64,000 nt of DNA from an uncultured bacterium (GCA_963825135.1 CAWGRW010000009.1:1152001-1216000); one strand, 5' to 3'; positions 11,033-21,942 are shown, numbered from the stretch's first letter. The notes: generated by a model from the letters alone, not told the origin. Translations and numbers: made by a program.

Positions 11033-12463
11033 ATGATCAGATTAATGAGATTTTCCATTATGACTATGGTCTTTTCCCTGGCTTTGACATTTCTTTATCA
11101 GGCTGCTCAGGCCCAGCAATTCGGCTTTAACTCCCTCGCCCCTCTCGTGAAGAAGTTAAGCCCGTCTGTGGTGAATATAAGCACAACGAGCGTGTCCAAA
11201 GGGCGGAGCTTTTCGTATGAGTCCCCGTTTGAGGGAAAGGAAGGAGATCCGTTCAACGACTTTTTCGATAAGTTCTTCGGCGATGTGCCTGAAAGGGAAT
11301 TTAAGGGCAGGGGACTCGGGTCCGGGTTTGTATTCAGCGAGGACGGCTACATCATTACGAACAACCACGTTGTTGAAAGGGCTACGGATATAAAAGTAAT
11401 ACTCGAGGACGATGAGATCTATCACGCCGATGTTGTTGGAACCGACCCCAAAACGGATCTGGCCTTACTTAAGATAGAGCCGAAGAGGAAGTTGCCAGCC
11501 GTCAAGTTCGGGAATTCAGACGGGCTCGAGATAGGCGACTGGGTACTTGCCATAGGGAATCCCTTCGGGCTCGGACATACGGTCACTGCCGGCATAATAA
11601 GCGCCAAGGGCAGGTCGCTCGGACTCGGTTCATACGACGATTTTATTCAGACGGACGCGGCGATCAACCCTGGTAACAGCGGAGGCCCGCTGTTTAACTT
11701 TAACGGCGAAGTTATAGGCGTAAACACAGCCATCATCGCAGGGGGGCAAGGCATAGGGTTTGCCATACCGATAAATATAGCAAAAAATGTCATAGCTCAG
11801 CTCCGGGACAGAGGAAAGGTGGTTCGCGGGTGGATAGGTGTGTATGTACAGCAGATTACGCCCGAGATCGCCGAAAGCATCAAGCTTCAGGATCCCAAGG
11901 GAGCACTCGTTTCGGATCTATCCCCGGGGGGGCCCGCTGAGGAAGCCGGGGTCGAGAGGGGGGATATCATTGTCGAGTTTAACGGAAACGCGATAGAGAA
12001 CATGTCCGAGTTGCCGAAAACCGTCGCCAATTATGCCCCCGGGACCAAGACACACCTGAAGGTGCTCAGAAACGGTGAGCCGAAGACGCTCGACATAACC
12101 CTCGGGGAGCTGCCTGAAGAGGTCGCCCAGAGTTCAAGGAAATTGCCCGGTAAGGCGGTTGAGGAGGGGTTGGGACTGGCCGTTCAGGAAATTACGCCTG
12201 ACGTGCAGAATACGTTCCAAGCGGATATTTCGAAGGGCATAATAATTACAAACGTCGCTCCCGGAAGCATCGCTGCCAATGCCGGACTCGAACCCGGCGA
12301 CGTCATACTGGAGATAAACAAGCAGAAGGTATCAAACCTCGACAACTATAAAAAATCCATGGATTCAACCGCCGACGGGCAGAATATCCTGTTCCTGGTT
12401 CAGCGGGGCTCGAACACGATCTACGTCGCACTCAAATTTGAAGGGGATGATGGGAAGGGTTGA
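11033..12463 (+). CDS. degQ: Periplasmic serine endoprotease, DegP/DegQ (HtrA) family, two PDZ domains
   Basis: Signal peptide; TNNHVV, DLALLK and QTDAAINPGNSGGPL catalytic triad motifs. Confidence 0.93.
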   Translation: MIRLMRFSIMTMVFSLALTFLYQAAQAQQFGFNSLAPLVKKLSPSVVNISTTSVSKGRSFSYESPFEGKEGDPFNDFFDKFFGDVPEREFKGRGLGSGFVFSEDGYIITNNHVVERATDIKVILEDDEIYHADVVGTDPKTDLALLKIEPKRKLPAVKFGNSDGLEIGDWVLAIGNPFGLGHTVTAGIISAKGRSLGLGSYDDFIQTDAAINPGNSGGPLFNFNGEVIGVNTAIIAGGQGIGFAIPINIAKNVIAQLRDRGKVVRGWIGVYVQQITPEIAESIKLQDPKGALVSDLSPGGPAEEAGVERGDIIVEFNGNAIENMSELPKTVANYAPGTKTHLKVLRNGEPKTLDITLGELPEEVAQSSRKLPGKAVEEGLGLAVQEITPDVQNTFQADISKGIIITNVAPGSIAANAGLEPGDVILEINKQKVSNLDNYKKSMDSTADGQNILFLVQRGSNTIYVALKFEGDDGKG

Positions 12464-12920
12464 AGAAAAGCTGGGCGAGCTCGGCATAAAAATCCCTGAT
12501 GTCCCGACTCCGCTCGGGTCTTACAGGCCCGCCTCGATAACGGGGAACCTTATCTTCGTGTCCGGCCAGCTTCCGCTGTCGGAAGGACATTTATTATTTG
12601 TAGGTAAAGTGGGCGGGGATGTAACTGTTGATCAAGGTGCACAGGCAGCCAGAGCGTCTTCCATAAATGCCCTCGCCGCCATGAGTAAAGAGCTGGGCGG
12701 TCTCGACAGGATAAAAAAGATTGTTAAAGTGACAGGCTATGTAGCAAGCGCGCCGGGCTTTCATGGTCAGGCAGGTGTTTTAAACGGCGCGTCGGACCTC
12801 TTTTTTCAGGTCTTCGGAGAATCCGGACGTCATGCCCGCGCCGCAGTGGGGGTTGCGGAGCTGCCAATGAACGCCCCCGTGGAAGTCGAGCTCATAGCCG
12901 AAATCACCTCCGAGGGCTGA
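12447..12920 (+). CDS. RidA/YjgF family protein
   Basis: IFVSGQLP, NGASDL and GRHARAAVGVAELPMNAPVEVE; overlaps the end of degQ. Confidence 0.9.
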   Translation: MMGRVEEKLGELGIKIPDVPTPLGSYRPASITGNLIFVSGQLPLSEGHLLFVGKVGGDVTVDQGAQAARASSINALAAMSKELGGLDRIKKIVKVTGYVASAPGFHGQAGVLNGASDLFFQVFGESGRHARAAVGVAELPMNAPVEVELIAEITSEG

Positions 12921-12957
12921 ACATCAAATCTCTAAACAGGATTGCACCTTTTCCCGG

Positions 12958-13748
12958 ATGGGCCGCAATTTAATCGTCTTTTTATATACCGATTTTCCGT
13001 CTGAATCATTAAACCCGGAAATCATCACCGAGCATCTGGGCAGGCTCGGCATTTCAGCCGAGATCAGGGGTGACCTGTTTGAATTCCTGCGTGATACTGA
13101 TGAGTTGCGGCGCATTGCCGATCTCCTGGCGGGATCATTGATCTCCGATGTAGAGACGCCTCTCGACAGGATACGCGCACTGGTCCCGAGGAGACGGATT
13201 CGGAGCTGAAGAGGATGTCGGGCCTTGTAAGCGTCAGGGGTCCGTTCTATGACGGTCTCTGGCTTCAGCGTGTATTGTACAAGGCTATTGCCGAGAGGGT
13301 TCCCGCGGAAACGGGCAGAGGTTTTATGCATGCGGTGTTTACGGGCCGTCTCTTCGGCACCTACGACGGCAGGCGGTACCATGCGAGGGTGATTCTCGCC
13401 GGAAGTCCGGCTCTAATATCCACCTCCGGGCTTGTGGAGGCGCCCGCGAAGCCGAGGGAATACTATTTTATCAAAGGCGGCCTCATCCGCAGCGGTAAGG
13501 ACATATCGGAGCTCGACAGGATGTATAGCGGGAGGTACGTGGAATACGACGACCCGAAGACAACCGATATAATAAGATCGTACGCGCTTCAAGCCGTCAA
13601 TTATGAATTAACGGGCAATGAGTTCTGTGATAATCCGGGGTGCTGTATCTACAATTCGCACTGGCAGGAAGAAGTGCTCCAAATTCAGTATCGGGGGGAT
13701 CTCTGTGAAAAGTGTGTTCAGGCGTTTGCCGGGACTGATCAGAGGTAA
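12958..13748 (+). CDS. Putative metallopeptidase-like protein (DUF6775/archaemetzincin-like), split by a single-base frameshift near 13185
   Basis: ORFs 12958-13209 and 13215-13748 join through ...GPEETDSELKRM in the second frame. Motifs RYHAR, GLVEAPAKPREYY, CDNPGCCIYNSHWQ and LCEKC. Confidence 0.6.
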
Positions 13749-13796
13749 TATAGGGAGGGGAAAATGTTCTTTTCCCCTCTTCGCGGTTTATCCGTG

Positions 13797-14612
13797 TTAA
13801 GCCCTTGCCTGCTCCTGCTTCTGGAGTATGTCAATCGCGACCTGAGCAGCTTTCTTTCCCGATAATAGCATTCCTCCGAAAGTCGGCCCCATTCTCGGCA
13901 GTCCGAAAACCGAACTAACCGACATTCCGCAGGCTATAAGCCCCGGGTGCACCTCCCCGGTGTATTCGACCAGGGCGTCTTCCGATCTTTCCACCCACAT
14001 AGAACCGTGGCCCGGAAGCTTCTTGTAGAGCCCCTGCTGGGACAGCCTCGATACGCAGTAAGCGTCGTGACCCGTCGCGTCTATCACGAGCTTCGATTCA
14101 ATGGCAATCGGATCGAGACACGTAATCTCCTTGGGCATGTTGGCGATAGGGGTCCAGTTCATAACTATTCCGGCCACCCTTCCGTTCTCTCTGATTACGA
14201 GGTCGTCGAACATGGTCATGTTCCTGATTTTCGCGCCGGCCTCGCAAGTCATGGCGATGAGCTTCGAGCAGGCGTACGGTCCGTCAGCAACATAGAGCCC
14301 CTTCGAGACCTCTTCGTAGGGCACCTCTATCTCGTCCAGCACCTTGTTTCCGGGCTCTCTGACTGTGACTTTGTTCATCAGGTAGCCGCCTATCCAGAAT
14401 CCGCCGCCCAGGTAGTTCATTCTCTCGACCAGAAGTACCTTATATTTCTGCTTTGCGATGTCTTTGGCCGCCACCAGGCCGCTTGGACCCGCGCCCACGA
14501 CAATTACATCACTCGATATATATTCGTCGAACTCCTTTGCGAAGCCGTCGACGATAGCCCTCGTAACCTCTTTTTCACCGACGGGCGCGAACTTGGTTGT
14601 AAATTCAGCCAT
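13797..14612 (-). CDS. thi4: Thiazole synthase, THI4 family
   Basis: DVIVVGAGPSGL, GGGFWIGG, CLDP, IDATGHDA and RMGPTFGGMLLSGKKAA. Confidence 0.93.
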   Translation of the reverse strand: MAEFTTKFAPVGEKEVTRAIVDGFAKEFDEYISSDVIVVGAGPSGLVAAKDIAKQKYKVLLVERMNYLGGGFWIGGYLMNKVTVREPGNKVLDEIEVPYEEVSKGLYVADGPYACSKLIAMTCEAGAKIRNMTMFDDLVIRENGRVAGIVMNWTPIANMPKEITCLDPIAIESKLVIDATGHDAYCVSRLSQQGLYKKLPGHGSMWVERSEDALVEYTGEVHPGLIACGMSVSSVFGLPRMGPTFGGMLLSGKKAAQVAIDILQKQEQARA

Positions 14613-14838
14613 AAAATGTAATACCTCCGTAATATATCAGTGGCTCTTAAGACCCGTTTACTCTATCACAGAATCGGGGAGCGTCAATAGAATCTATTAT
14701 ACACAATCCCGCGCCGGAAACGCAGTATGCATAGGCAGTTCTGTGGCCATTGACAGAATGATAGGTTATCTTATTATCTTCGGGTAGAAACCGGTTTCAC
14801 ACGGTAAATACTCTAGAATTCGACCGGAGGTAAATTGA

Positions 14839-15588
14839 ATGCGTGCGAAGTTTAAAGTCAGCATAGTTTTGGCGGTGCTTTTCGCTTTTATCGGACTGGC
14901 GGAAGACGCGTATTCGGGTCTGGTAATGGAACAGGTTTATTATCAGCAGGGGTCGACGGACAAACAGAAGGTGACCATCTATGTGCAGGGTAATAAGTTT
15001 AAGCAGGTCGAGAACAACGGCGCTTATTCTCCCGCCGTAATATTCGACCTGAACTCCGGAGATATCATGTTTGTGAACGACGAGAAGAAACTTTATATAA
15101 TCCTGAACAGAGATGAGTATTTAAAATATATTGAATCCGTGATGTCCGAAAATAAGGACCCTTCCGATACCGCCCGGAACGTTACTTTGAAAAAGACGGA
15201 CGATACCGCCAGTATCGCGGGGTATAATTCCAAGAAGTATGAGATTTACGATAACGGCAAACTACAGTCCGAGTATTGGGTAAGCAAGGAGCCTGGATTC
15301 AGCGAAGAGCTCGACATGAACAAGATGACCAAACTTATGAACGACGTAAAAGGGATAAGTCAGAATATCGGCGGCTCCGCTTCGATATCGGACAACGAAT
15401 ATAAGGTATTTCAGGAAATCTACGAAGACGGTTATCCGATGAAAACAGTTTACCATTCACTCGACAGCGATAAAGTGTTCGTGGAGGAGATCGTTGCGGT
15501 GAGGAAGCAGGACCTGCCGCCGAGCGAGTTTCAGCCGCCCGCCGGCTATCAGAAAATCACGTATCAGGACATATTAAAACAGCAGTGA
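14839..15588 (+). CDS. Exported DUF4412-like protein
   Basis: Signal peptide; SIAGYNSKKY..EYWV and EFQPPAGYQK patterns; GGAGG RBS; TTGACA at 14750 and TATTAT at 14772. Confidence 0.7.
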   Translation: MRAKFKVSIVLAVLFAFIGLAEDAYSGLVMEQVYYQQGSTDKQKVTIYVQGNKFKQVENNGAYSPAVIFDLNSGDIMFVNDEKKLYIILNRDEYLKYIESVMSENKDPSDTARNVTLKKTDDTASIAGYNSKKYEIYDNGKLQSEYWVSKEPGFSEELDMNKMTKLMNDVKGISQNIGGSASISDNEYKVFQEIYEDGYPMKTVYHSLDSDKVFVEEIVAVRKQDLPPSEFQPPAGYQKITYQDILKQQ

Positions 15589-15676
15589 AAGCAGTGTTTC
15601 CCCGGCGGTCATGGTGCGTGTGATGCTTAGCAGCACCCGAATCTGTGCCGCGCGGTAACGCGGCCGGTCATGATTA

Positions 15677-16123
15677 CTAGCTTTCTTGTACGACTTCCAC
15701 TGTAATGACGGCCGATACGTCGTGATGAAGCTTTACGGTCACTTCATGCGTTCCGAGCGTTTTTATGGGGCTTTCAAGGTCTATTTGCTTTCTTGAAACC
15801 TCATAACCCAGTTCCCCGAGCGCATCCGAAATGCTCTGAGAAGTGACGGAACCGAATATTTTTTCTTCTTCTCCGACCTTGACCGGAATTTTAACCGCGG
15901 CTCCGTTCAGCTTTGACGCAAATTTCTCGGCGTCTCCTTTGACCTTATCTTCCTTTTTCCTGAGCGCATAGCTTTTTTGCTCCCATATCTTAATATTCCC
16001 CGGGGTCGCCGCTATCGCGAGTCTCTTCGGAAGAAGGAAATTTCTGGCAAAGCCTTCCTTAACGTCCTTTATTTCTCCCTGTTTTCCTATTAACTCGACA
16101 TCGGAAATAAAAATCACTTTCAT
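15677..16123 (-). CDS. rplI: 50S ribosomal protein L9
   Basis: [27 protein letters not shown] and PIKTLG. Confidence 0.97.
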   Translation of the reverse strand: MKVIFISDVELIGKQGEIKDVKEGFARNFLLPKRLAIAATPGNIKIWEQKSYALRKKEDKVKGDAEKFASKLNGAAVKIPVKVGEEEKIFGSVTSQSISDALGELGYEVSRKQIDLESPIKTLGTHEVTVKLHHDVSAVITVEVVQES

Positions 16124-16193
16124 AGTTTGTCAAACCTCCGAAACTTGCCGCCGTAGCCGGGCGGCGAATGTAATATATGTTGAGCTTCGTCGA

Positions 16194-16430
16194 TTAATGG
16201 AGAACCGTAAACGGCAGTAACGCCATGAAACGAGCTCTTTTTAGTGCGGTCGAAAGCTCTCTCTGACAACCTGCGCAGAGCCCCGAGTTTCTTCTCGGAA
16301 CGATTTTTTTCCTGTCGGAGATGTATCTGGACATGAGATCGACGTTCTTATAGTCGATTTCAATCGAATCTGTGCAGAATCTGCAGACTTTCTTTTTAGC
16401 GAAATATTTTTTATCGCGCGGGTTTTCCAT
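16194..16430 (-). CDS. rpsR: 30S ribosomal protein S18 (Zn-binding type)
   Basis: [38 protein letters not shown]. Confidence 0.96.
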   Translation of the reverse strand: MENPRDKKYFAKKKVCRFCTDSIEIDYKNVDLMSRYISDRKKIVPRRNSGLCAGCQRELSTALKRARFMALLPFTVLH

Positions 16431-16938
16431 TATTGATCTCCTTCTGTCTGGACCGGCTCCGTCTGAACCGGCTCTGTCTGGACCGGCTCGTCTGGACCGG
16501 CTCCGTCTGAACCGGCTCCGTCTGGACCGGCTCCGTCTGGACCGGCTCCGTCTGAACCGGAGCTACGGCAGGCTCGCTCTGGGCCTTGCTCTCTCTTTCT
16601 TTGGTTTCCGCCGCGAACTTCTCTCTATTGGCGGCGTTTTCGCTTATCTTTACGGTCATGAACCTCAGCACGTCCGTGTTGTAAAACCGGAGATGTCTTT
16701 CGAGCTCTGCGGCCGCACCCGGAAGCGCTTTGAAAATAATGATGTAATACGTGCCTCTGGTGTATTTCTTTATTTCATAAGCGAGTTCCCTCTGCGCCCA
16801 TTTGTCGGACTTGATGATCTCGCCTTCGTGAGCCGATAGCGCCTCGTTGAGCTTCTGCTGTATTTTAGCAAGCTCTTCTTCCTTGATATCGGGTCTCACG
16901 ACATAAAGCGTCTCGTAATAATTTGGCTTGACTGCCAT
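16430..16938 (-). CDS. rpsF: 30S ribosomal protein S6 with a repetitive PVQTE tail (1-bp deletion in one repeat unit)
   Basis: [10 protein letters not shown] and [12 protein letters not shown]. Restoring one base gives (PVQTE)8-GDQ with TAA overlapping the rpsR ATG (TAATG, 16432-16428). Confidence 0.93.
16442..16560. repeat. Eight-unit 15-bp tandem repeat (ctccgtctg[g/a]accgg); unit 16487-16500 is 14 bp
   Basis: Counted directly: units start at 16442, 16457, 16472, 16487, 16501, 16516, 16531 and 16546. Confidence 0.97.
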
Positions 16939-16947
16939 ATTTACTAA

Positions 16948-17009
16948 CCTCCTGTCTCGGTCTATGCGGCTCCGGGATATCAGTTATATCGATGCCCCGG
17001 GGCGACAGA
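16948..17009 (-). promoter_or_regulatory. Probable S6:S18 ribosomal-protein leader RNA
   Basis: Minus strand tctgtc...ccgggg..atc..gat..cccgg...gaCCGagacaggagg: an outer ctgtc/gacag stem next to the SD, an inner hairpin, and CCG in the 3' internal loop, as in the described S6:S18 motif. Confidence 0.55.
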
Positions 17010-17109
17010 TTTTTAACCGGTATATTCTACCTGCTTTATCGGATTTGTGAATTCCTTTGTAAAGTATCTGAAATTGTTAATAATTCATAGGTAAAACGCC
17101 TGTGACCGC

Positions 17110-19152
17110 TCAAGTCAGGAACGGAGCGATAACAACAGCAACTATAGACATCAGTTTGATCAGGATATTCATGGCGGGCCCCGATGTATCCTTGAACGGG
17201 TCCCCTACCGTGTCTCCTACGACCGCGGCCTTGTGGGACTCCGACCCCTTTCCTCCCAGGTTGCCTTCCTCGATATATTTCTTGGCGTTGTCCCATGCCC
17301 CGCCCGAATTGGCCATCATCAGCGCGAGGACGACACCCGTGACGATTGACCCGGCAAGGAACCCGCCGAGGCCTTCCGCGCCGAGAACGAGGCCGATGAC
17401 AATGGGCGCCAGAATCGCGATTACCCCGGGTACGATCATTTCCTTAAGCGCCGCATCGGTGCTAATCCCCACACAAGTGGCGTAATCCGGCTTGGCGTGT
17501 CCCTCCAAGAGCCCCGTGATCTCACGGAACTGCCTTCTTACCTCCTCGACCATCTTCTGAGCGGTCCTCCCCACTGCGCCCATCGTGAGCGCGGCGAGCA
17601 GAAAAGGAACCGTCCCTCCCAGCATCAGTCCCGTAACAACGCGGCTGTGGGTGAGGTCTATGGAGTCGAGGCCGACCGCCTTTGTGAATGCCGCGAACAG
17701 CGCCAGAGCGGCGAGCGCCGCCGAGCCTATAGCGAACCCCTTTCCAATGGCTGCCGTCGTGTTTCCGAGCGAATCGAGCTTGTCTGTAATTTTTCTAACG
17801 TCGTGCCCGAGACCCGACATTTCCGTGATACCGCCCGCGTTGTCGGCGACGGGTCCGTACGCGTCAACGGACATCGTAATTCCGATTGTCGCCAGCATGC
17901 TGACCGAAGCGATGCCGATACCGTATAGCCCGGCGAAAGAGTACGAGAGACCTATAGCTATCGCGATTGCGATCACCGGCAGTGTGGTGCTCATCATGCC
18001 GACTGAAAGTCCTTCTATGATATTGGTTGCGACGCCTGTCTGGGAGGCTTCCGCGATTTTTCTGACGGGGGAGCCCGATGTGTAATATTCCGTAAGCAGT
18101 CCGATTGCAATGCCCGCGAGGAGCCCGAGCACGGCTGAAAGCCATATCCACATTATATAACCGCCGATACCGTCGACCAGGCCTACCATAAGCAGCACGA
18201 TCAGGGAAGCCGCAAGATATATTCCTCCGGTGTAGAAAGTTGCCCGCCTCAGGACCAATTGGGGTTCGAGGTCTTTCATCCATTCGACGCTCTTGGCGCC
18301 TATTATTGACGAGAAGCTGCCTATGGCTATTAGGATTATTGGTATGGCCATCAGTGCGATTTCATTTTTACCGTAACTGGCGGCGATGACGATCGTTGCG
18401 ACAACCGCGCCGACATAGGATTCGAACAGGTCGGCTCCCATCCCCGCCACGTCCCCCACGTTGTCCCCCACGTTGTCGGCAATCGTCGCCGGGTTTCTCG
18501 GATCGTCTTCCGGAATGCCGGCTTCCACTTTACCGACGAGGTCCGCGCCCACGTCGGCGCCCTTTGTATATATGCCTCCGCCTATTCTGGCAAAGAGCGC
18601 AACGGAGCTCGCGCCCATCGCGAAACCGCCTATTATGCCCCCGAACTTCTGAGCGAAAAGCGCAATCCCGGCCGCGTCACCCGGGTTTGACGGGAGACCT
18701 ATGCCGAGAGCAAACGCTGCGGAGAGACCCAGGAGACCGATGCCCGCCACCGAGAGACCCATTACGTTCCCGCCCTTGAATGCGACTGCGAGTGCTTTCC
18801 CCTGTCCTTCCGTGGCCGCCGCGTGGGCTGTCCTAACGTTGGCTTTAGTCGCTGCCTTCATTCCGAAAAATCCGGCCGTCAGGGAGCATACCGAGCCTCC
18901 GACATAGGCTATAGCGGTATTCAGGTTGATGAAAATTGCGAGCAGGGCGAAGACGATAACAACGAATATCCCGATAATCCGGTACTCGCGGCTTAAAAAT
19001 ACCATCGCCCCCTCGGAAATTGCCGCCGCGATTTCCTTCATCTTGTCATTGCCTTCGGGAAGAGCCTTTATCTCGCGATAGACTATAAAGGCATAACCCA
19101 GGACTAATAATCCTATTACGATTCCGAAGAATGATGCTATTGATTCTCCCAT
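17110..19152 (-). CDS. hppA: Membrane-integral pyrophosphatase, K+-stimulated type
   Basis: [49 protein letters not shown] (Ala marks the K+-dependent type); [14 protein letters not shown]. Confidence 0.95.
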   Translation of the reverse strand: MGESIASFFGIVIGLLVLGYAFIVYREIKALPEGNDKMKEIAAAISEGAMVFLSREYRIIGIFVVIVFALLAIFINLNTAIAYVGGSVCSLTAGFFGMKAATKANVRTAHAAATEGQGKALAVAFKGGNVMGLSVAGIGLLGLSAAFALGIGLPSNPGDAAGIALFAQKFGGIIGGFAMGASSVALFARIGGGIYTKGADVGADLVGKVEAGIPEDDPRNPATIADNVGDNVGDVAGMGADLFESYVGAVVATIVIAASYGKNEIALMAIPIILIAIGSFSSIIGAKSVEWMKDLEPQLVLRRATFYTGGIYLAASLIVLLMVGLVDGIGGYIMWIWLSAVLGLLAGIAIGLLTEYYTSGSPVRKIAEASQTGVATNIIEGLSVGMMSTTLPVIAIAIAIGLSYSFAGLYGIGIASVSMLATIGITMSVDAYGPVADNAGGITEMSGLGHDVRKITDKLDSLGNTTAAIGKGFAIGSAALAALALFAAFTKAVGLDSIDLTHSRVVTGLMLGGTVPFLLAALTMGAVGRTAQKMVEEVRRQFREITGLLEGHAKPDYATCVGISTDAALKEMIVPGVIAILAPIVIGLVLGAEGLGGFLAGSIVTGVVLALMMANSGGAWDNAKKYIEEGNLGGKGSESHKAAVVGDTVGDPFKDTSGPAMNILIKLMSIVAVVIAPFLT

Positions 19153-19172
19153 TTTATAGCGTCTCCTGTAAT

Positions 19173-19775
19173 TTAGCCGTTATCCGGCTGACTCGATTCG
19201 TCTCCGCTCTCCGGCCTGATATTGAACTTGTTCATCGCTGACCCAAGCCCGTGTTGAACGATCTCAAAAACCGCGTCGGTCGCCCTGCTAACGGATTCCA
19301 TTACGATTTCACTCTCTTTCCTCTTGAATTGAGAAAGCACGTGCGAAACTGTAGCGGTTTTCTTTCCGGGTTTCCCTATCCCTATCCTGATTCTGATGAA
19401 ATCCTTGCTGCCGAGCTCTCCGATGATTGAGTTTACGCCTTTGTGCCCGGCGCTCCCTCCCCCTGCCTTGATACGCAATGCCCCTGTCGGCAGGTCCAGC
19501 TCATCGTGGATGACAATGATATTTTCAACCGGAATATTATAGAAGTTGACTGCGCTTGAAACCGATTCGCCGCTCCGGTTCATATATGTCTCCGGCTTCA
19601 GAAGAAGCAGCTTATCGTTGTTTAGAATCCCTTCCCCGAATATGCCTTTGAACTTTTTCTTTTTTAATTCGATTCCAACCCTTTTCCCCAGCTCGTCCAC
19701 GGTCAAGTATCCGAGGTTATGCTTCGTGGAAGCATATTCGCTTCCTGGGTTTCCCAGACCGACCACTAATATCAT
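19173..19775 (-). CDS. pth: Peptidyl-tRNA hydrolase
   Basis: [23 protein letters not shown] and GGSAGHKG. Confidence 0.96.
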   Translation of the reverse strand: MILVVGLGNPGSEYASTKHNLGYLTVDELGKRVGIELKKKKFKGIFGEGILNNDKLLLLKPETYMNRSGESVSSAVNFYNIPVENIIVIHDELDLPTGALRIKAGGGSAGHKGVNSIIGELGSKDFIRIRIGIGKPGKKTATVSHVLSQFKRKESEIVMESVSRATDAVFEIVQHGLGSAMNKFNIRPESGDESSQPDNG

Positions 19776-19784
19776 TTCCTTTAA

Positions 19785-20438
19785 CTATTCTTCTCCGCCT
19801 TCCTTCTTCTCCTCGCCTTCAGCCGCTTTCTCCGCTGTTACCTCTGCGACAACCGGAGCAGCCTCTACTTCCAGCTTGGGCGCTAATATCGTAACAATGG
19901 TCTCGTCGTCGTCTTTCAGGATATTGAAATCCTCGGAGACCTTGAGGGCGCTTACGTGTATGGAATGGCCGATGTCGAGGTCCGTCACGTCGATTTCGAA
20001 GGAGTTCGGGATGTCTTTAGGCAGGCATTCGACCGGGATATCTCGGAGGATCTCTTCCAATATGCCCCCTTCTTTTATTCCCTTAGCCTTTCCGACTATC
20101 TTTACCGGAACGTTTACCGTTATCCTCTTGTTAATATCGAGAGCCTGAAAATCGAAGTGGATCGGCTTGCTGGTCAGGAAGTCGTATTGAATATCGCGGA
20201 GAAGGGATAACTTCCTCGTTTCCTTCGATCCGTCATTGAAAGTTAACTCGAGAAGGGTGTTTTCCCCCGCTTCGGTCGAGAGCGCCTGCTTCAATGCGGC
20301 CGGGTTTACGGCTAACATTGTGGGTTCGGTGCCTTTCCCGTATAGAATCGCCGGTATATTCCCGTCTCTCCTGACTTCCTTTGCCCCGCTTTTTCCGGGT
20401 TTCTGCCTTACCGATACTTCTAATGTGTTCTGTGCCAT
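19785..20438 (-). CDS. rplY: 50S ribosomal protein L25 / general stress protein Ctc
   Basis: RRDGNIPAILYG, HFDF and C-terminal TL5 domain; prs-rplY-pth synteny. Confidence 0.95.
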   Translation of the reverse strand: MAQNTLEVSVRQKPGKSGAKEVRRDGNIPAILYGKGTEPTMLAVNPAALKQALSTEAGENTLLELTFNDGSKETRKLSLLRDIQYDFLTSKPIHFDFQALDINKRITVNVPVKIVGKAKGIKEGGILEEILRDIPVECLPKDIPNSFEIDVTDLDIGHSIHVSALKVSEDFNILKDDDETIVTILAPKLEVEAAPVVAEVTAEKAAEGEEKKEGGEE

Positions 20439-20457
20439 TTTGCAAGCTCCTTATTTT

Positions 20458-21399
20458 TTAGTTAAACAGGCTGCTGATCGACTCGCCTTTCGCTATTCTC
20501 TTTATCGCCTCTCCGAGGAGGTTCGAAATGCTTATTACCCTGATTTTATCGCATCCTGCGGTATTTTCCGAAGGCGCTATAGTGTCGGTAATTATAATTT
20601 CCTCGAGGTCGGAATTCTTTATTTTCTCAATGGCGCTTCCTGAAAGGACTCCGTGCGTGCAGCAAAGGGTTACGCTTTTCGCCCCTTCTCTGAATAGTGC
20701 TTTTCCCGCCTGTATGGCTGTCCCGGCGGTGTCCACGAGGTCGTCAACGAGGATTACGGCTTTACCCTCGACGTCCCCTATCACGTTCATGATCTCTGCT
20801 TCGTTCGGGTTTGGACGTCTTTTGTCCGTCATCGCGAGTCCGGAATCGAGGATTTTCGCATATGACCTCGCCCTCTCCATACCCCCGGCGTCGGGCGAGA
20901 CTATAACCATTTCATCTTTCTTGAACTTATCTTTTATATAATTGATGAATACGGGTGTCGCGTATATGTGATCAACAGGGATATTGAAAAACCCCTGTAT
21001 CTGCCCCGCGTGCAGGTCCACTGTGACGACCCTGCTTATCCCGGCGGTGGTAATGAGGTCCGCAACGAGTTTGGCCGAGATCGGCGCTCTCGGCTGGACC
21101 TTTCTGTCCTGTCTCGCATATCCATAGTATGGTATGACCGCGGTTATCGCCCTGGCGGACGCTCTTTTCAGCGCATCGGTGATGACGAGCAGCTCCATAA
21201 TGTGTTCGTTCACCGGTGGGCAGGTCGACTGGATTACGAATATATGAGAACCGCGCACGCTCTCCGATATTTCGACAAACAGCTCCCCGTCGCTGAATCT
21301 CCTTACTTCAGCTTTCCCGAGGGGAACGTCCAGGTACTTACATACAGCCTTCGCAAGGGGAACGTTCGAAGTCCCGCAAAAAATCTTCGCATTGTCCAT
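20458..21399 (-). CDS. prs: Ribose-phosphate pyrophosphokinase
   Basis: FSDGE, PYYGYARQDRK, DLHAGQIQGFF, VSPDAGG and VDDLVDTAGT. Confidence 0.97.
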   Translation of the reverse strand: MDNAKIFCGTSNVPLAKAVCKYLDVPLGKAEVRRFSDGELFVEISESVRGSHIFVIQSTCPPVNEHIMELLVITDALKRASARAITAVIPYYGYARQDRKVQPRAPISAKLVADLITTAGISRVVTVDLHAGQIQGFFNIPVDHIYATPVFINYIKDKFKKDEMVIVSPDAGGMERARSYAKILDSGLAMTDKRRPNPNEAEIMNVIGDVEGKAVILVDDLVDTAGTAIQAGKALFREGAKSVTLCCTHGVLSGSAIEKIKNSDLEEIIITDTIAPSENTAGCDKIRVISISNLLGEAIKRIAKGESISSLFN

Positions 21400-21507
21400 T
21401 TGATCTCACATGAAATTATAAAATCACGATGCCCTGATAAAAAACAAGGTATTATAAAATAGATAAATGAGAATTCAAGTTTGGGCGGCGGGATCGGAAG
21501 GTGCGGA

Positions 21508-21942
21508 TTGACGGCGATACCTGAGGATAGAGAAGAGGGGGTCATACGCTCGGCCAGGGTAGCCAGGATGGCGACAGCGGACGGGTCCGGGAGGCCGCTC
21601 GTGGTGCCCGTCTGTTTCGTATACGACGGGCGGTTCGTTTTCACCCCCGTCGACAAGAAGCCCAAAAGTGTCCCGGGCGGGGAATTGAAACGGATTAAAA
21701 ACATCCTGTCGAACCCGCGCGTATCCCTTGTCATCGATGGATATTATGAGGACTGGAGCAGGCTTTATTACGTAATTATTCATGGGCAAGCCGGGGTGAT
21801 GGAGAGCGGCGAAGAGTATCGGAACTCGCTGGGGCTCCTCAGTAAAAAATACCGGCAATATAAAAAAATGGGTCTTGAGAGCGCCGGCCTGCCCGTCATT
21901 AAAATCGTCCCGGAACAGATAGTCTCCTGGGGAGACCTCTGA
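21508..21942 (+). CDS. PPOX-class (pyridoxamine 5'-phosphate oxidase-like, putative F420-dependent) oxidoreductase
   Basis: ARVARMATAD..PLVVPVCF, TPVDKKPK and NPRVSLVIDGYYEDWSRL; TTG start after GGAAGG. Confidence 0.8.
   Translation: MTAIPEDREEGVIRSARVARMATADGSGRPLVVPVCFVYDGRFVFTPVDKKPKSVPGGELKRIKNILSNPRVSLVIDGYYEDWSRLYYVIIHGQAGVMESGEEYRNSLGLLSKKYRQYKKMGLESAGLPVIKIVPEQIVSWGDL

Noticed and set aside
14613..14838. TPP riboswitch upstream of thi4
   Set aside because: The CTGAGA and downstream aptamer core motifs were not found on the minus strand.
16442..16560. Repeat array as a possible CRISPR
   Set aside because: Contiguous 15-bp units with no spacers, lying inside rpsF; no cas genes in the window.
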